Positions 1 to 13,799 are shown, counted from the stretch's first letter. The stretch is 64,000 bases of DNA from Octopus sinensis (GCF_006345805.1 NC_043002.1:67084001-67148000); one strand, 5' to 3'. Notes: generated by a model not told the origin, from the sequence alone. Program-made: numbers and translations.

Positions 1-451
1 TCACTACAAAGAGAATCTGAAATAATTCATCCACTAAGTTTGAAATGCAGCCGATCAAGATTTAACTATTATAACTTAGTTTCGGTTTCCTTTCTAATTA
101 AAACTTTTGCTAAGATCTTACTGGAATTTCAAGAAATATTTCTTAACATCATTTTATCAGAGCAAAACACTGAATGAAAATTCAAATAGGTGGAATGAAA
201 AGATATTGTGCCCGGCCACTCCCTCCAACGTACACACTCCCTCTCTTTCATACATCTATTTAATTATTAAACACACACATACACACATATGTATAAACAT
301 AGATGCACAAATATATGTATACACACGAACGTATACATAATTGCATACGCATACATACTTTACATATATATATTATATATACATATGTGTGAGTGTCTGT
401 AAATATGTATGTAGATATATAAGCATACGTGTATTTATATACATTTATATA

Positions 452-823
452 CGAACCACATGGTCCTGAGTTCAGTCCCACTGCGTGGAAACTTGGACAA
501 GTGTCTTCTACTATAGCCTCGGGCCGACCAAAACCTTCTGAGTGGATTTGGTAGACGGAAACTGAAATAAGCCCGTCGTATATATATATATGTATATATG
601 TGTGTATATGTTTGTGTGTCTGTGTTTGCCCCCCCCCCAACATCGGTTGACAACCGATGCTGGTGTGTTTACGTCCCCGTAACTTAGCGGTTCGGCAAAA
701 AGAGACCGATAGAATAAGTACTAGGGTTACAACGAATAAGTCCTGGGGTCGATTTGCTCGACTAAAAAGGCGGCGCTCCAGCATGGCCCCAGTCAAATGA
801 CAGAAACAAGTAAAAGAGTAAAA
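452..823 (+). mobile_element. tRNA-headed SINE, family B (CORE-like, OR1/OR2-like), slightly 5'-truncated
   Basis: B-box-like GAGTTCAGTCCC, then CTTGGACAAGTGTC, central TA/TG microsatellite, shared body and (AAAGAGT)n tail; matches more than 10 other copies here. Family name from recall. Confidence 0.85.
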
Positions 824-1463
824 GAGTATATATACACCCATATCTTCAAGCATATTTATATAGACACACACACTCTATCACATACTTATACATACACACA
901 TTCGTAGGTGTATGTTTACTTACTTATATGCATACTCATTCACATGTATATATGTATTCCTGTAGTATATGATATGCACTTGTTTTGAGTAATAGAGTAA
1001 CATCACGTGATGGCAACGTTCTCGTGCCAACGATCACTATTTCATTTTGCGAACGAATTCCGCGAACAGGAAGATTTAGCTCCAATGATGAAATCCATAA
1101 AAACAAAGAGAAGCAAAAGAGACATATTCGCGGTATATTTGGGGAAAACCAGCGAATAAATACGCGCCCAACCAGTTCTAATCAATCTGCTTTGAATCAA
1201 GTAATTCGATATGTTACATCGGAACAACTGATCAGATTCCAGGTGTAAATTCGATCCTGATGCTATTCACAGGAACTTATTGTTTCCATCAAGTATTCTA
1301 TCGACTGCCATTGCTTATTTTTAACGAGATTGTCTTTGCTATTCGGTTTTTTTTTTCGGCTTTCTGTATTCTTTCTCTATGGATTAGGTGTATTTTTTTC
1401 TCTTTCTAGTTACAATGTTGACATGACATCGAATATTATTATCACGGTCATGTAAATGAGTGC

Positions 1464-1495
<32 letters not shown>

Positions 1496-1627
1496 ATACT
1501 ATCTATCTATTAATATTTGTTTTTATGTTCAATTATAAGCCTTTCTATTATAGACACAAGGTCTGATATTGTTGTGGAGAGGACTAGTCTATTACACTGA
1601 CTCCAGTGTTTTACTGGTATTTAATTT

Positions 1628-2058
1628 ATCCTTTTCTACTACAGGCACAAGGCCCTACATTTTTAGGGAGGGAGCCAGTCAATTAGATCGACCCCAGTAC
1701 GCAAGTGGTACTTAATTTATCGACCCCGAAAGGATGAAAGGCAAAGTCGGCCTCGGCGGAATTTGAACTCAGAACGTAAAGACAGACGAAAAACTGCTAA
1801 GCATTTCACCCGGCGTGCTAACGTTTCTTATTTCTTTACTATCTACAAGGGGCTAAATACAGAGGGGACAAACAAAGTCAGACAAAGGGATTAAGTCGAT
1901 TACATCGACCCCAGTGCGTAACTGGTGCTTATTTAATCGACCCCGAAAAGATGAAAGGCAAAGTCGACCTCGGCGGAATTTGAACTCAGAACGTAACGGC
2001 AGACGAAATACGGCTACGCATTTCGCCCGGCGTGCTAACGTTTCTGCCAGCTCCCCAC
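1628..2058 (-). mobile_element. Tandem SINE family A copies (GGCGAGCTGGCAGAAACGTTAGC head)
   Basis: Two head-to-tail units with B-box GAGTTCAAATTCC and body GTCGACTTTGCCTTTCATCCTTTCGGGGTCGAT; junction at 1827/1828. Confidence 0.85.
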
Positions 2059-2340
2059 CTTTGGTATTAAATTTATCGACTTCCAAAGGACGAAAGGTAT
2101 TTCGTCAGTCTTTACGACCTGAGTTCAAATTCTGACGAGATCGACCTTTCCTTTCATCTTTTCGGGGTTGGTAAAATAAATACCAATTGAACACTGAAGT
2201 CAATGTAATTGACTTCACCCCTTTCCCGAAATTGCTGGCCTTGTGCCAAAATTTGAAACCAATATAATAATAATAAATATGATGAAGTAGCATTAGCATT
2301 ACCTTTAATTCACATTTATATATAAATACAGTCTCAAGTA

Positions 2341-2424
2341 GACCTACACGTGTTTCGACTGCATCGGTCAGTAACCGTTGCAGCTGCAACTATACAATGG
2401 CACCGTTGCAGTTTCTTCAGGCTC
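2341..2424 (-). ncRNA. Minimal type-I hammerhead ribozyme-like motif (CUGAAGA core)
   Basis: Minus strand: GAGC-CTGAAGA-A-ACTGCAACGGT...ACCGATGCAGT-C-GAA-AC-ACGT-GT-A-GGTC; long stem II, palindromic stem III, GUA site; one mismatch in stem I and an A.C pair at the base of stem II. Confidence 0.6.
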
Positions 2425-2917
2425 TTCACCGTAATACCCTTTGAGATTTAACTGGTTAACGTTTTATGTTATATAAACTTGTATGTAATCGATACGGTCA
2501 GCTACACGTGCTATATTTTCCAATAGAAGCGACTATAATGTATTAATTCATATTCCTCGTTGACTTCTAAACTTTGCTCGATGTCACAACTACACGCTCA
2601 AACCTATCAATGCCAGTTCAAGCCAAACGAATCGATATTTTCTTATTAATTTAATTATTGCCAAAGAATAAACAATAAATAGGATGGTTAGGATTTGCAG
2701 GATCGAACACCGAAGATTTTAGTTGATAGGTAATTATGTTTAGAGGAATGATTGTTGTAAATTTTTTGAAATTATTTCAGCTAAATTTGTCTAATTTGCT
2801 TAATTGCCATTCATGGTGGTATCCTGATATTAGGCTTGTTTCAGGTTGCCCTTCTGTTTCAATGTCACTTTCGCTGTTGCGCGCGCGCACACACACAAAT
2901 ATATGCATACATATCTG

Positions 2918-2959
<42 letters not shown>

Positions 2960-4071
2960 AGCATACATACACACATATATATATATATAAATTTAAGCAC
3001 AGACATAAATATATGCATTCGTATATGTATGTATGAGTATATATTTATATATACATACATGTACATAAGCATACGTACACAGACATACACACACACGCAC
3101 ATATGTGTGTGTGTGTGAGATGAACTTGGCACTCACTGGGCTATATAGCATTTCCGAATTTCCGGAATAACTAATGTTACAAGACATTGAGTTTTTTCTT
3201 AGCATTATACGCACACCGCATCAAAACTATATTCATTTACACACACATACGCGCGCACACATACACACAAAACAAAACATGCACGCACACATATATACAC
3301 AGAATGAGAGAGAGAGAGAGAGAGAGAAAGAGAAACTGGGATTAAAAAAGAGATGTTCCTTCGTTGTGTCCTATTTAATTCACACAGACATTGTTGTAAC
3401 AGCACTAATTAATTTAATTAATTTAGAGTTTCTTATTCAGCACTTTCAGTGTGGAATACTTTGTGTTTAGTTCACTTAAGTTTTATATTTTGAAGCACAT
3501 CTATCTATACATTTAATTACATATATCGCTGACGAGTACGTCTCAAATACTTATAATTTTACATCTTAAACAGTTAAGACCCTGAGAGGTTTTTAAACTG
3601 CTTCAGAAAGGCAACCGTTTTTGACCATAAATTTATTGCCTTTGTTTTATAGTTTCACCTCGCCCAGTTTCCTCCCTTGATTATTTCCGCAGCGGAAGAT
3701 CTCACGTCAGAATGTGCTTGAATGTGTTAAATAGGGTTTTACACGCATAAATTTCGTTCAGTGTTGCTTCGTGCGACATTATTCATACACACACACACAC
3801 TTGTGTGTATCTGTTGCTCATGAAACATATATTCTCAGTTATTTCATTTATTTGTACCCTGTGAAAGTATATGTAAATGCTGCAAATTTCTGCTTTGATA
3901 TAACAGAGAAACAAACAGCAGCGATACGGAATAATTACTTATGACAGTGTAAAATGAAACCAAAGAAAATGCACAGGACGATCTCCACAATGAACATTCT
4001 ACACAGTTAGGGATCCTGATCAAAGTAGAAACTAAAATTCACTACTCTCACCACCACCACCAGTATAAGCA

Positions 4072-4545
4072 CAGACATGGCTGTGTGGTTAAGAACCTCG
4101 CTTCTTTCGGGTTCAGTTCCACCGTGTCTTGAGTAAGTTTTTTCTGCTATAACAACATGCCGACCAATGCCTTGTGAGTGAATTTCATTGACGGAAACTG
4201 TGTGAATCCCGTCGTATCTATATATATGTGGGTGGGTGTATGTGTGTATTTGTGTGTGTGTGTGTATGTATTTGTGTGTGTGTGTTTGTGTGTGTGTGTG
4301 TATGTGTGTGTGCATGTCGTGTGAGTGTGTGCATGTCGTGTGTTTGTGTCTCCCACACCCCGCTTGTTTGTCTTGGGTTGTTTGCGTTCCCGTAAGTTAG
4401 CGGTTCGGCAAAAGAGTCTGATACAATAAATACCAGATATAAGATATAAGTACAGGGATCAATTTCTTGGCCTCAAATCGTTCAGGGTCGTACTCCAGGT
4501 TGGACGCAGTTCAATAACTGAAACAAGCAAACGATGAAGGATTAA
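4072..4545 (+). mobile_element. SINE family B, diverged
   Basis: GGCTGTGTGGTTAAG head, GGGTTCAGTTCC, (TG)n centre, TTAGCGGTTCGGCAAAAGAG body. Confidence 0.75.
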
Positions 4546-4619
4546 AGAAGACATCCGTGATAAACGCGAACTACAATATCATTTTTGATCCCTTCTTTAA
4601 TCGCTTGCCTACTTTTATA

Positions 4620-4830
4620 CTCTGCCTTTACGTAATAAAGGCCAGCAATTTTTGAGGGGAGGGAAAGTCGATTACACCAACCTCCGTGCTCAACTGGTAC
4701 TTATTTTATCTCTCCTGAAAGGAAGAAAAGCAAAATCGAGCTCGGTTGCATTTGAACTTAGAACATAAAGTACCGGAAGCAATGTTGCTATGCATTTTGT
4801 CCGGCATAATAACAGTTCTGCCGAATCTCC
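4620..4830 (-). mobile_element. SINE family A, diverged
   Basis: Reverse-complement match to the family A body and head. Confidence 0.7.
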
Positions 4831-5845
4831 GCCTTCACTGCGTATTGTTAATATGCTTTGTTCGTATAATGAGTTACCTCAAATCGAGTAGGTTCTTGTT
4901 TGCAAACTGCAGAAATAATAACATTTATAAGACATTACAATAGATAACATTCGGACATACTGACACATACAAACATGCACATACACACATATTATGCTGA
5001 ATTTAAAGTACAAAGAACCCAAGAATGAAAGTAAACCCCAATAATATAGTACGGATATAATTTGGCAAATGTCTTTCATATATGGACGTTGTAAATAACA
5101 TAGCATCGTTTTGATTTACGAAATATCTACAAAATGTAGATAGATTAATAGCAATGGTAGACGTATCATCAATCTTCATGACAAGTATGTAGGGGAAATC
5201 CGTTGCGGAAAACAAGTTTAATAATCAAGAATAAACACTCAAACGATTACATGGAAATTGAGATAGTTAAATAGATAGATAGATAGATAGATATATAGAT
5301 AGATTCAAAAATATATAAATAGATAGACTGATAGGTAGATACACAGACAGATTGATAAGTAGATAAATGTAAAGAGGGCAGCAGAGAGAGAGACAGACAA
5401 ATCAAATAAAAACGATATTTATAATAATAAATCTACAATAGGCCACTGTGCAATTTACTAGAAAGGAAAACAAACGGAACAAATAATTCTATTAAACAAC
5501 TGTTCATTAAATAAATATCTACAGCCACAAATGCATCAGAAACAAAAACATTGCATGCATAACTAATTATATCTACACAGCCATAACTATATTAAAGAAC
5601 AGAAATAAAGTAAAATTCAATAACGCGAGAGTCCATGAAAAACCAATACAACACAAGGCAAAAATAAATAAATAAATAAATAGCTAGATAAATAAAACAA
5701 AAAACAACGACCACTAATCTTTTCAAAATGGATTCTCTCGTGAGAATGTTATTTATATACTGGTGAGGATAAGAGATGAGCTGTTGAAGAAACTGCGAAG
5801 CTCCAGACTAAATGTCTTATTGTATCTAATGATTCGATCCCTTTA

Positions 5846-6160
5846 GTGAAGGCGGCGTGTATTTAATGGTTAGTGTATTTGGCTCACGGTCTAGAGTTCG
5901 ATTCCCGGCGGCGCTTTGTGTCCTTGGGTAAGACACTTTATTTTGCGTTGCTCCCATTCACTCAGCTGGCAAAAATTAGCTGTAGCTGTATTTCAAATGA
6001 TTAACCTTGTCACATTCTGTGTGTTACACTCGATCACTCTGAGAACTAAGTTAAGGTACGTGTGTCTGTGGAGTACTCAACCACTTGCACATTAACTTTA
6101 CGAGGAGGCTGTTCTGTTGATTGGATCAACTGGAGCACTCGTCGTCGGCACCGACGGAGT
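5846..6160 (+). mobile_element. tRNA-headed SINE, family C
   Basis: GTGAAGGCGGCGTG...TGGTTAG head, GAGTTCGATTCC B-box, GTGTCCTTGGGTAAGACACTT CORE-like segment; related to 12620 and 50570. Confidence 0.7.
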
Positions 6161-6169
6161 GCCAGGCCG

Positions 6170-6720
6170 TTAGTTTCTGTACTCCAGGGTCATCATTGTC
6201 TTCCATCTTTTTCAAACTGTTGGAGGTCAATGTACGGGAGACATGAGGAGGGAGAAGAAAAGGACTGGACATAGTGGTTAGAGCGGAGCTGAGGGGTGAT
6301 GGACACAACAAAGATAGTGAGAGGTGGAGAGACGTGTGGGTTGGAGGAGTCGGAGGGGAGGTCCAACACCATTTATCTCTGTGGATTGTCTCGTGTATCT
6401 TCTCAATAGTGATAGAAAAGATTCAAAGAGGCGCCATGTTGGTCAGCGGCTGAAGCACGTCTTTTACAATAGCATAGTTAAAGTGTGTGCCACAGAACGC
6501 AACCCTTTAGTTTACCTCCCTCTCGGGGTCCCCAAGCGTATACAGGCTCGTATAGTAAACCCAAAAGTGTCACCTCCATAAAAATGTCGCTCAGTGCAGA
6601 CTGCCCCTCGCCTTCACCCTACTGCAAACATTCTGTTAGGGACTGAATGTCTATCAGTCGAGCGACCCTGCCCATGATGCAGTCCAGCATATGTGTCTAT
6701 AACATACCTATCCTAAAATC
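6170..6720 (-). mobile_element. Decayed L2/CR1-like LINE ORF2 C-terminus
   Basis: Frameshifted minus-strand peptides such as LQPL, ASLNLFYHY and RVARLIDIQSLT resemble the L2 C-terminal motif (LQPLSHRRxVASLSLFYRYY); recall-based. Confidence 0.4.
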
Positions 6721-8039
6721 TATTATCTTATGGGACTGGGAGTTTACTTATCGGCAAGAAATGGCGAGACTGACCTCGACGGAAACTGAAATCAAAACTC
6801 AGAGATCCAGATAGCAAAGTAATTTCTCTCCGACGCTTTGACGATTTTTCCTGTTCACACACACACACACACAGAGCTTCATGTGTGTGGTGTGTGTGTG
6901 TGTTTGTGCGTGTGAAAGTATGTATGTGCATGTGTCAGTGTAAAACAACAGAAAAGAAGAGAGTGCAAGAAGACGAGAAGAGGAAAGAAAGTATGAGAGT
7001 AAAAAAGGAAAGAAAGAAGGATAGGTAGGGAAAGTAAATAATTGTATAAGTAGATAAATAGTTAATGTGATAACCAACAAGCATTATCAAATAAAAACAA
7101 ATAAATAAATAAATATACATCAAAGATGCAGCCTTAGATCTTGGCACTTCCGCTTTCAGCAGCTGACATCTTAGAAATCACCGTTACAACATAAATTTTC
7201 CAAAGATAACGCGATCCTTCTTTGATGATATAACGAAATCTTATTCCATTTGGCTATATATTCTCAATTTACTTCAATTGATGTCTTAGTTCCAGCGAGA
7301 ATATTGTGGATTTCCTGTCGATGGATTACTATTGGTTTTCAATGAAATACAAGCCTTCCGGTTGTAGTTAGAATTTAACCCCAGAATCAAGATGAATTCA
7401 TATGTAACTATTCCAGTATAATTATCTTTGATATGTAATGTTTGATTGTGAAGTCTGTGTGATGTGTGTATTTATCTTTCATCTTTGTCGTGAAGTACTA
7501 CCGCTTTCACAGTGATTTTACTTGACAAAAAGAAGCAGGTGCTGCAACCAGAGGCAGTAAATTACACACACATAAAGATACACACACATCTATATGTACA
7601 TATGTTAAATGGAAATAAGGATCAGGTAGCATGAACGGTTAATAGTTGAACTACTGTCAAATATCATTTATGGTCTTTCGTTTTTCGTCAGGGTCGATGT
7701 CAGTAAAAAAAATTAATCCTACAACACACTGATGGCCATAAAGTTGTCCATATCACTCTCAAGAAAACTGGTTGTATGCTAAAAAAATTAAACTATATCG
7801 AATTAGTCGGCTATTTACAAGACGTAAAACCATCTCTAAGTAAATGTATTCTACAACCCGGTTTCTTTTCTTGGTTGTTATTTCAGTTCATAGACAACAT
7901 TAATGTCTTTATCAAAAGAAATATTTAATTAATCTTATTTATCGTTAACTTAAAAATATAAGGATTTTGTAACTGGTAAAAGCTATCAGTTACTAATCTA
8001 GAATGGCAGAAATGATAGATGTATTGTATTAGAACTCGC

Positions 8040-8404
8040 CTTTATCACTTCTTTTACTTGTTTCAGTTACTGGACTGTGGCCATGCTGGCGCTTTGAAGT
8101 GCTTAGTCAAACTAATGAACTTCGGTACTTATTTTCAAAGTCTGGTACTCATTCTGTTGGTCTCTTTTACTGAACCACTGAATTACGGGGGATGTAAACG
8201 TGTGTGTATGTGCGCGGAGAGAGAGAGAGAAAGAGAGACGGCGGGCCTACACGTCGTTTCCTCTTTACCAAATTCACTCACAAGATATTGGTCGACCTGG
8301 TGCAATACTAGAAGACATTTGCCCAAGGTGTAGTGCAGTTGATCAGAACCCGAAAACGCGTGGTTGCAAGAGAGCGTCTTAACCACACAGCTATGCCTGC
8401 GCCT
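8040..8404 (-). mobile_element. SINE family B
   Basis: Tail-to-head match to 9012-9422, with a (GA)n centre. Confidence 0.8.
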
Positions 8405-8699
8405 GCTCTGTTAAACTATATAATTTACTTTAATCATGCCTATTTAGATTTCTGAATCATAATCTCATTTAAGTAGATTTAATCTTTCAGCGTCCCAGGA
8501 TCGATAAATTAGCGCCAATAATAGACTTCGCTTGTTTCAGTTAACTGCGATACTCACTAACCAAAAAAAATAATAAAAGCCCATTGATCCTAGTTGTAAA
8601 ATATCAAAGATATTAATTTGAATATTGTTTTGTTTCGCTTTTAGTTATTAGTAGAATAAAGCGTGTGTTGACCAGCATATTACTAGGAACAACCTGGAA

Positions 8700-8930
8700 A
8701 GCGGCGAGTTGGCATAATCGTTAGCACACCGAGTGAGATGCTTAGCGGTATTTCGTCTGCTGCTGCTGCCTTCTGAGTTCGAATTCCGCCGAGGTCGACG
8801 TTGCCTTTCATCTTTTTGGGATGGATAAATTAAGTATCAGTGAAATACTGGGGTCGATGTAATCGAGTAGTCCCTTACCCCTAAATTTCAGGTCTTGACT
8901 GTCAAATCTAGAGAGTCTACTAGTGTAGAT
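8700..8930 (+). mobile_element. SINE family A
   Basis: GCGGCGAGTTGGCATAATCGTTAGCAC head, GAGTTCGAATTCC B-box, shared body. Confidence 0.8.
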
Positions 8931-9011
8931 GCAAGCGCTAATATATGGTTTATAAAAACATGACATATTAATAAAAATCTGTAAATATAAATCCATCCAG
9001 ATTTCTGAGTA

Positions 9012-9422
9012 CTCTTTACTCTTTTTACTCTCTTTTACTTGTTTCAGTCATTTGACTGCGGCCATGCTGGAGCACCACCTTCAGTCGAGCAAATCGACCC
9101 CAGGACTTATTCTTTGTAAGCCTAGTACTTATTCTATTGGTCTCTTTTGCCGAACTGCTAAGTTACGGGGACGTAAACACACCAGCATAGGTTGTCAAGC
9201 AATGCTAGGGGGACAAACACAGACACACAAACACACACCTATATATATACATATATACGACGGGCTTCTTTCAGTTTCCGTCTACCAAATCCACTCACAA
9301 GGCATTGGTCGGCCCGGGGCTATAGCAGAAGACACTTGCCCAAGATGCCACGCAGTGGGACTGAACCCGGAACCATGTGGTTGGTAAACAAGCTACTTAC
9401 CACACAGCCACTCCTGCGCCTA
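9012..9422 (-). mobile_element. SINE family B, full length
   Basis: Complete head AGGCGCAGGAGTGGCTGTGTGG through the (AAAGAGT)n tail; followed by a long (TA)n at about 9468-9548. Confidence 0.9.
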
Positions 9423-9462
9423 TTTCTTCTAATATATAATACCTGTACATCATCTCCAAACC

Positions 9463-9534
<72 letters not shown>

Positions 9535-10839
9535 TATATATATATATATTGTGGAATTCCTACAGGTAAAAATAGTTTATTCCTGATATAGTCAATTTAC
9601 CATAGCCAAAAAATGGTCACATGTCGAAAAAGAATATACGGAAGTTTTCATCAGCATTAAAACTACACAAACAGAAGCAAACTTTCTTGATTTGGGATGT
9701 TTCATACGTATGATACTTACGGCACAGAAACATCTCACTTTTCGCACGTTCATAGATGAATATATGTCTCATGTTCGGCGTTTAACACTTGGGTAGCTGA
9801 TTGTGCCACGCATTTGCTGAAGGTTTATTGGCAGCCAATCAAACTTCGATGACTATTTTTTCTGTATTTATGAATATTTATGAATATTTTTTCTCCGTAT
9901 ACATTGTCATAGAGCATCACATTTTCAATCGTTTGAATAATAGCCAAACGGAAGCACAGAGTGACAATTCAAGAAAGACCCGCTTCTGATAAAATGTCTT
10001 TCTTTCTTTCTTTCCCATACATAAACAGAAAGATAGATAGACTGATGAACACGCATACAGATATAATTATAAATGTATGCATGTATGTATATTCATATGG
10101 AAATTAAAAAATATATATATATATATATATACACATTTGTATATACATTTATACATACATGCTCATATATACATGCAAATGTATATGCATATACACGTGC
10201 TTATATATATGTACATACACACCTCTCTCTCTCTCTCTCTTTCTCTTTACTTACACAAACAAATGTGTGTGTATGCATGTGTGAACAATGTGTATATGTG
10301 GTGTGTTTGCGTGTCTTTCTGTCTGTCTGTCCATCTGTGTACACATATTTATATTTATTTATGCATATATGTGAAACTTGAGTACCAATGCCGTCTCACT
10401 AAACTTTCTCGACTATTAGCAGTGATTAATTGATTTCCTGTCAGATCAATAACCTATCAATCTGTTGTAGCTCTTCCCTTCTTCCTTCGTCTACTCGAAT
10501 TTTACTTCACCTCCTCCTCCTCCACTGCCTTTCTCCTATATCCACGTCTTTCTTATCTTCTTCAGCTGTCTTCTTACCAAAATATATAGCATAAAAATTA
10601 GCAAATAGAATGAAATAAAATACAAGAAAATAGAAAATAAAGAACAAAGAAAAATAAGCATAGCATTTTACACATTTATTTGTTATTAATTATCTACCTG
10701 ACCATGGTGATTTGCCATAGGGTCAGTGTGCCAGGCTGGTATCGAACTTGGGTCATTAATCACTCGCTTAGGCCTATTTCCCGCAATCACCCAATCTCTA
10801 TCTTGTATTTCAAGCCAATAAGAAGAAATGAGAAGACGT

Positions 10840-11800
10840 AAAAGGAGGAGGGGGAGGAGGGGGAGTGAGGGTGGGAGGAGGAGGAAGAGGCAGGCTGTGG
10901 TGGTAGCGGGTGGGGTGTACGGAGGTGTAATTGCTGATCAATTGTTGGCGTATATTGTATTAATTGTCATTGAGTGTTTTGATAAATTAGTTGAAAGAGA
11001 GTAATTGAGGGAGAGAGAGAGACAGAGGGAGGGGGAGAGAAAGAAAGACTGGAGGAAAGACTGAAAGAGAGAGAGAGAGAGTGAATGTGTGTGTGAGAGA
11101 GAGAGAGTGAATGTGTATGTATGTGAGAGAGAGAGAGAGAAGGGGAGAGAAAGATTGAGAGAGAAAGAGAGAGATAGAGAGAAAAATGAAGAAAAAATTG
11201 AGAGAGACAGAGAGAAAGGGGAGAAAGAGAGAGGGAGAGAAACAGAAAGACTGGGAAAAAGATGAGAGAGAAAGATTGGAGGAAAGACTGAAAGAGAGAG
11301 AGTGAATGTGTGTGTGAGTGAGAGAGAGGGCGAGAGAGAAAGAAAGACAAGGGGAGAGAAAGATTGAGAGAGAAAGACAGCAAAAAATTATTAATTGATT
11401 GAGAGGCTGAAGGAAAGTTTAGAAGAGAAACACTCAGGGAGAGAGGGAGAGAGGGGGAGCGAGAGAGAGATAAAAGTAAAGAAAAAATTGAGAGAGAGAG
11501 AGACAGACTGAGAGATAGGTTAAAGAAAAGGAAATGAAAGAGAAAAAGAGTTGAATTGGAAAGGACGAAAGAGTAAGCGAGAGAGAGAGAGAGAGATAAG
11601 GAAAGACTAAGAGAGTTTGAGTGAGACGTGGGATATTGATAGAACTGACTTAAGTGAATAAGACTTAAAGAAGGTGATTGTGAAGGGGAGAAGGAAAAGG
11701 GAAGGAAAAAGGTAGGCGAGAGGGAGGAGGAGCGAGGGAGAGAGGGTTACATGAGACTCAAATAGATTGACAAATGTAATAAGATACACATACACACACA

Positions 11801-11837
<37 letters not shown>

Positions 11838-12380
11838 GAGCATAGAAAAAAAGAGTGGAAGGCAGAGTTGTGTCTGTGAAGGAGTGAAAATGATATAAAG
11901 GTAAACGAAGGGAGAAAACAATTACTAAGAGACCTATAAAAGGAGGGAAAGAGAGAGGGGGAAGAGAGGGAACTAGAAAGAGAGAGAGAGAACTAGAGAG
12001 AGGCAGAGACAGAGAGTGACGAGACTCAGAGAAAGAGAGGGAGAGAAAGAGAGGGAGAGAAAGAGAGGGAGAGAGATATGAGAAAATGAACACAGGAGAA
12101 TGAAAGAGAGGGAGAGAGTGTGTTTGGAGAGTAGAAGGAAAAAGAGAAAGGTTTTGGCAAATATATGAAGATGGAAGGATGTGAGTGATAGAAGAATTTA
12201 AGAGGAGATAACGGTAAAGAAGGAACAAGGAAATCGTAACGATAAAAGATAGAAATTGATATTAGTCGGAATAGAATGGGAAGGACATAAAATGGAATGA
12301 GAATGGTCGAAAGAATAAAGGATGGTTCTATGAGTGGGAGATATGATGTGGGGTGAGGTGGGGGAGCTGGCATAAGAGTA
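10840..12380. repeat. Polypurine GA-rich tract with internal degenerate repeats and G-rich ends
   Basis: About 1.5 kb strongly purine-biased on +; repeated GGAGGAAAGACTGAAAGAGAG...GTGAATGTGTG blocks near 11050 and 11280. Confidence 0.9.
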
Positions 12381-12619
12381 AATGTGCCAAAGAATTAAAG
12401 AAAGTAAAGAATATCCGATTGCAGAAGACTAGATATTTTTTCCCTTCAAATCTGCCATGCGAAGCTTTTAGAAATTAAAAATAAAATATGACAAGGTTTT
12501 TTTTTTCCCGTTTCTGGTATTGGCAAACTAAACTACTGACCTTTGACCCTTGACCTCGAAGCTAGCTGGGACATGGTTAAATCGTCGGTCAGCCCCCCCC
12601 CCCAGAAAAGCGGTTTGTA

Positions 12620-12830
12620 AAGGCGTGTAGTCTTGTGGTTAGTTTGATGCACTCACGATCGCAAGAGCGTGGTTTCGGTTCCTGCACCAGGCAGTGCGTT
12701 GTGTTCCTGAGCACTCAGCTGTGAATGAATAGCCCTGCGAGAGACTAGCGTCCCGTTCAGGGGGGATGTGTTTTCTGTCACGTATATTCTATGGAAACCA
12801 GATAACTGGCCCTGTGACTTCGAGAACTCG
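12620..12830 (+). mobile_element. SINE family C, internally deleted
   Basis: GGCGTGTAGTCTTGTGGTTAG head; GCCCTGCGAGAGACTAGCGTCCCGTTCAGGGGG resembles the widespread CCCTGCGATGGACTAGCATCCCATCCAGGGGG SINE segment (recall). Confidence 0.6.
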
Positions 12831-12839
12831 AGACAATAG

Positions 12840-13385
12840 TGTCCAGTGGTTTGATGGTGATAATGTATTTCTTCTGGCTCATTGCGTTCTGAGTTCAAAT
12901 TCCGCTGAGGTCATATTTGCCTTTCACCCTTTCAAGATCGATAAGTAAAGTACCAGTTAAGTACCAGTTAAGTACCAGGGTCGTTATCAATCGACTAACC
13001 TCCATACTTTAAAACAAATTGACCGAATCTTTAATGTATTGGACAAAATCATTAACGGCATTTCTTTCATTTCCTTACGTTCTGGGTTCAAATTCCCCGG
13101 AAGTCAACTTTGCTTTTCATCCATTTGGACTTTATAAATACGTACCAGCTGAGCACTGGAGTCAATGTAATCGACTTAATCCTTTCTCTAAAACTGCCGG
13201 ATTTGTGCCAAAATTTGAAACTGTTATTTTTATTATTAGGGCGGTAGACTGGCATAACTGTTAAGATCTCGGAAAAAATGACGCGGTATTTTGACTCTTT
13301 ACGTTCTGAGTTCAAATCCCGCAAAGACCAACTTTGCATTTTATCCTCAAAATTGCTGCCCTTGTACCTAAATAAGAAACCGTTG
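12840..13385 (+). mobile_element. Cluster of three diverged SINE family A fragments
   Basis: Three GTTCTG[AG]GTTCAAAT B-box segments with the family A body. Confidence 0.7.
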
Positions 13386-13799
13386 TTGTTGTTTCCTAAA
13401 GAGTCAAATTGTTGAAGGTATCGCCAGGATCTTGCTGATTGTAGAACGTATTGGATGAACCAATTCCAGCTCTACACGAGCATTTGAAATCGGCTACCTA
13501 AGACCTCAGTAATTATTCTGAGAGAAGAATTTAAGAAAAGATAGTTGTAAAAGAAGAACAACGAAATGGTCAAGATGGAAATTGATACTGTTGATAGTGT
13601 GCGCCAATAATTTGGCCATAAACACAACACAAGCTCCTGGTGATAAAATACGAAGTATTAACCTCTGAACCTTTCGTTTGTTATTCTACCATCTCGAACT
13701 CTCTCCGTAGTTTCATATGCTTACAAGAAGTTTAACGTTCTAATGATGATGTGTTCTGAATTAAACTTATTGCCTTTCGAAGCGATTTTGTCAGCAAAA

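Noticed and set aside
985-1248. 87-aa non-repetitive ORF
   Set aside because: TTG start, no splice signals or recognisable motif; within chance expectation.
9350-9422. tRNA-like sequences as true tRNA genes (also the other SINE heads)
   Set aside because: A/B boxes are present but there is no complete cloverleaf, and each continues into a SINE body.
9721-9826. Minus-strand GTAAGT donor at 9720 as an exon end (also 63227)
   Set aside because: All three frames contain stops for the available acceptors.
10967-12373. Leu/Ser-rich minus-strand ORFs
   Set aside because: Read-through of the GA-rich tract.
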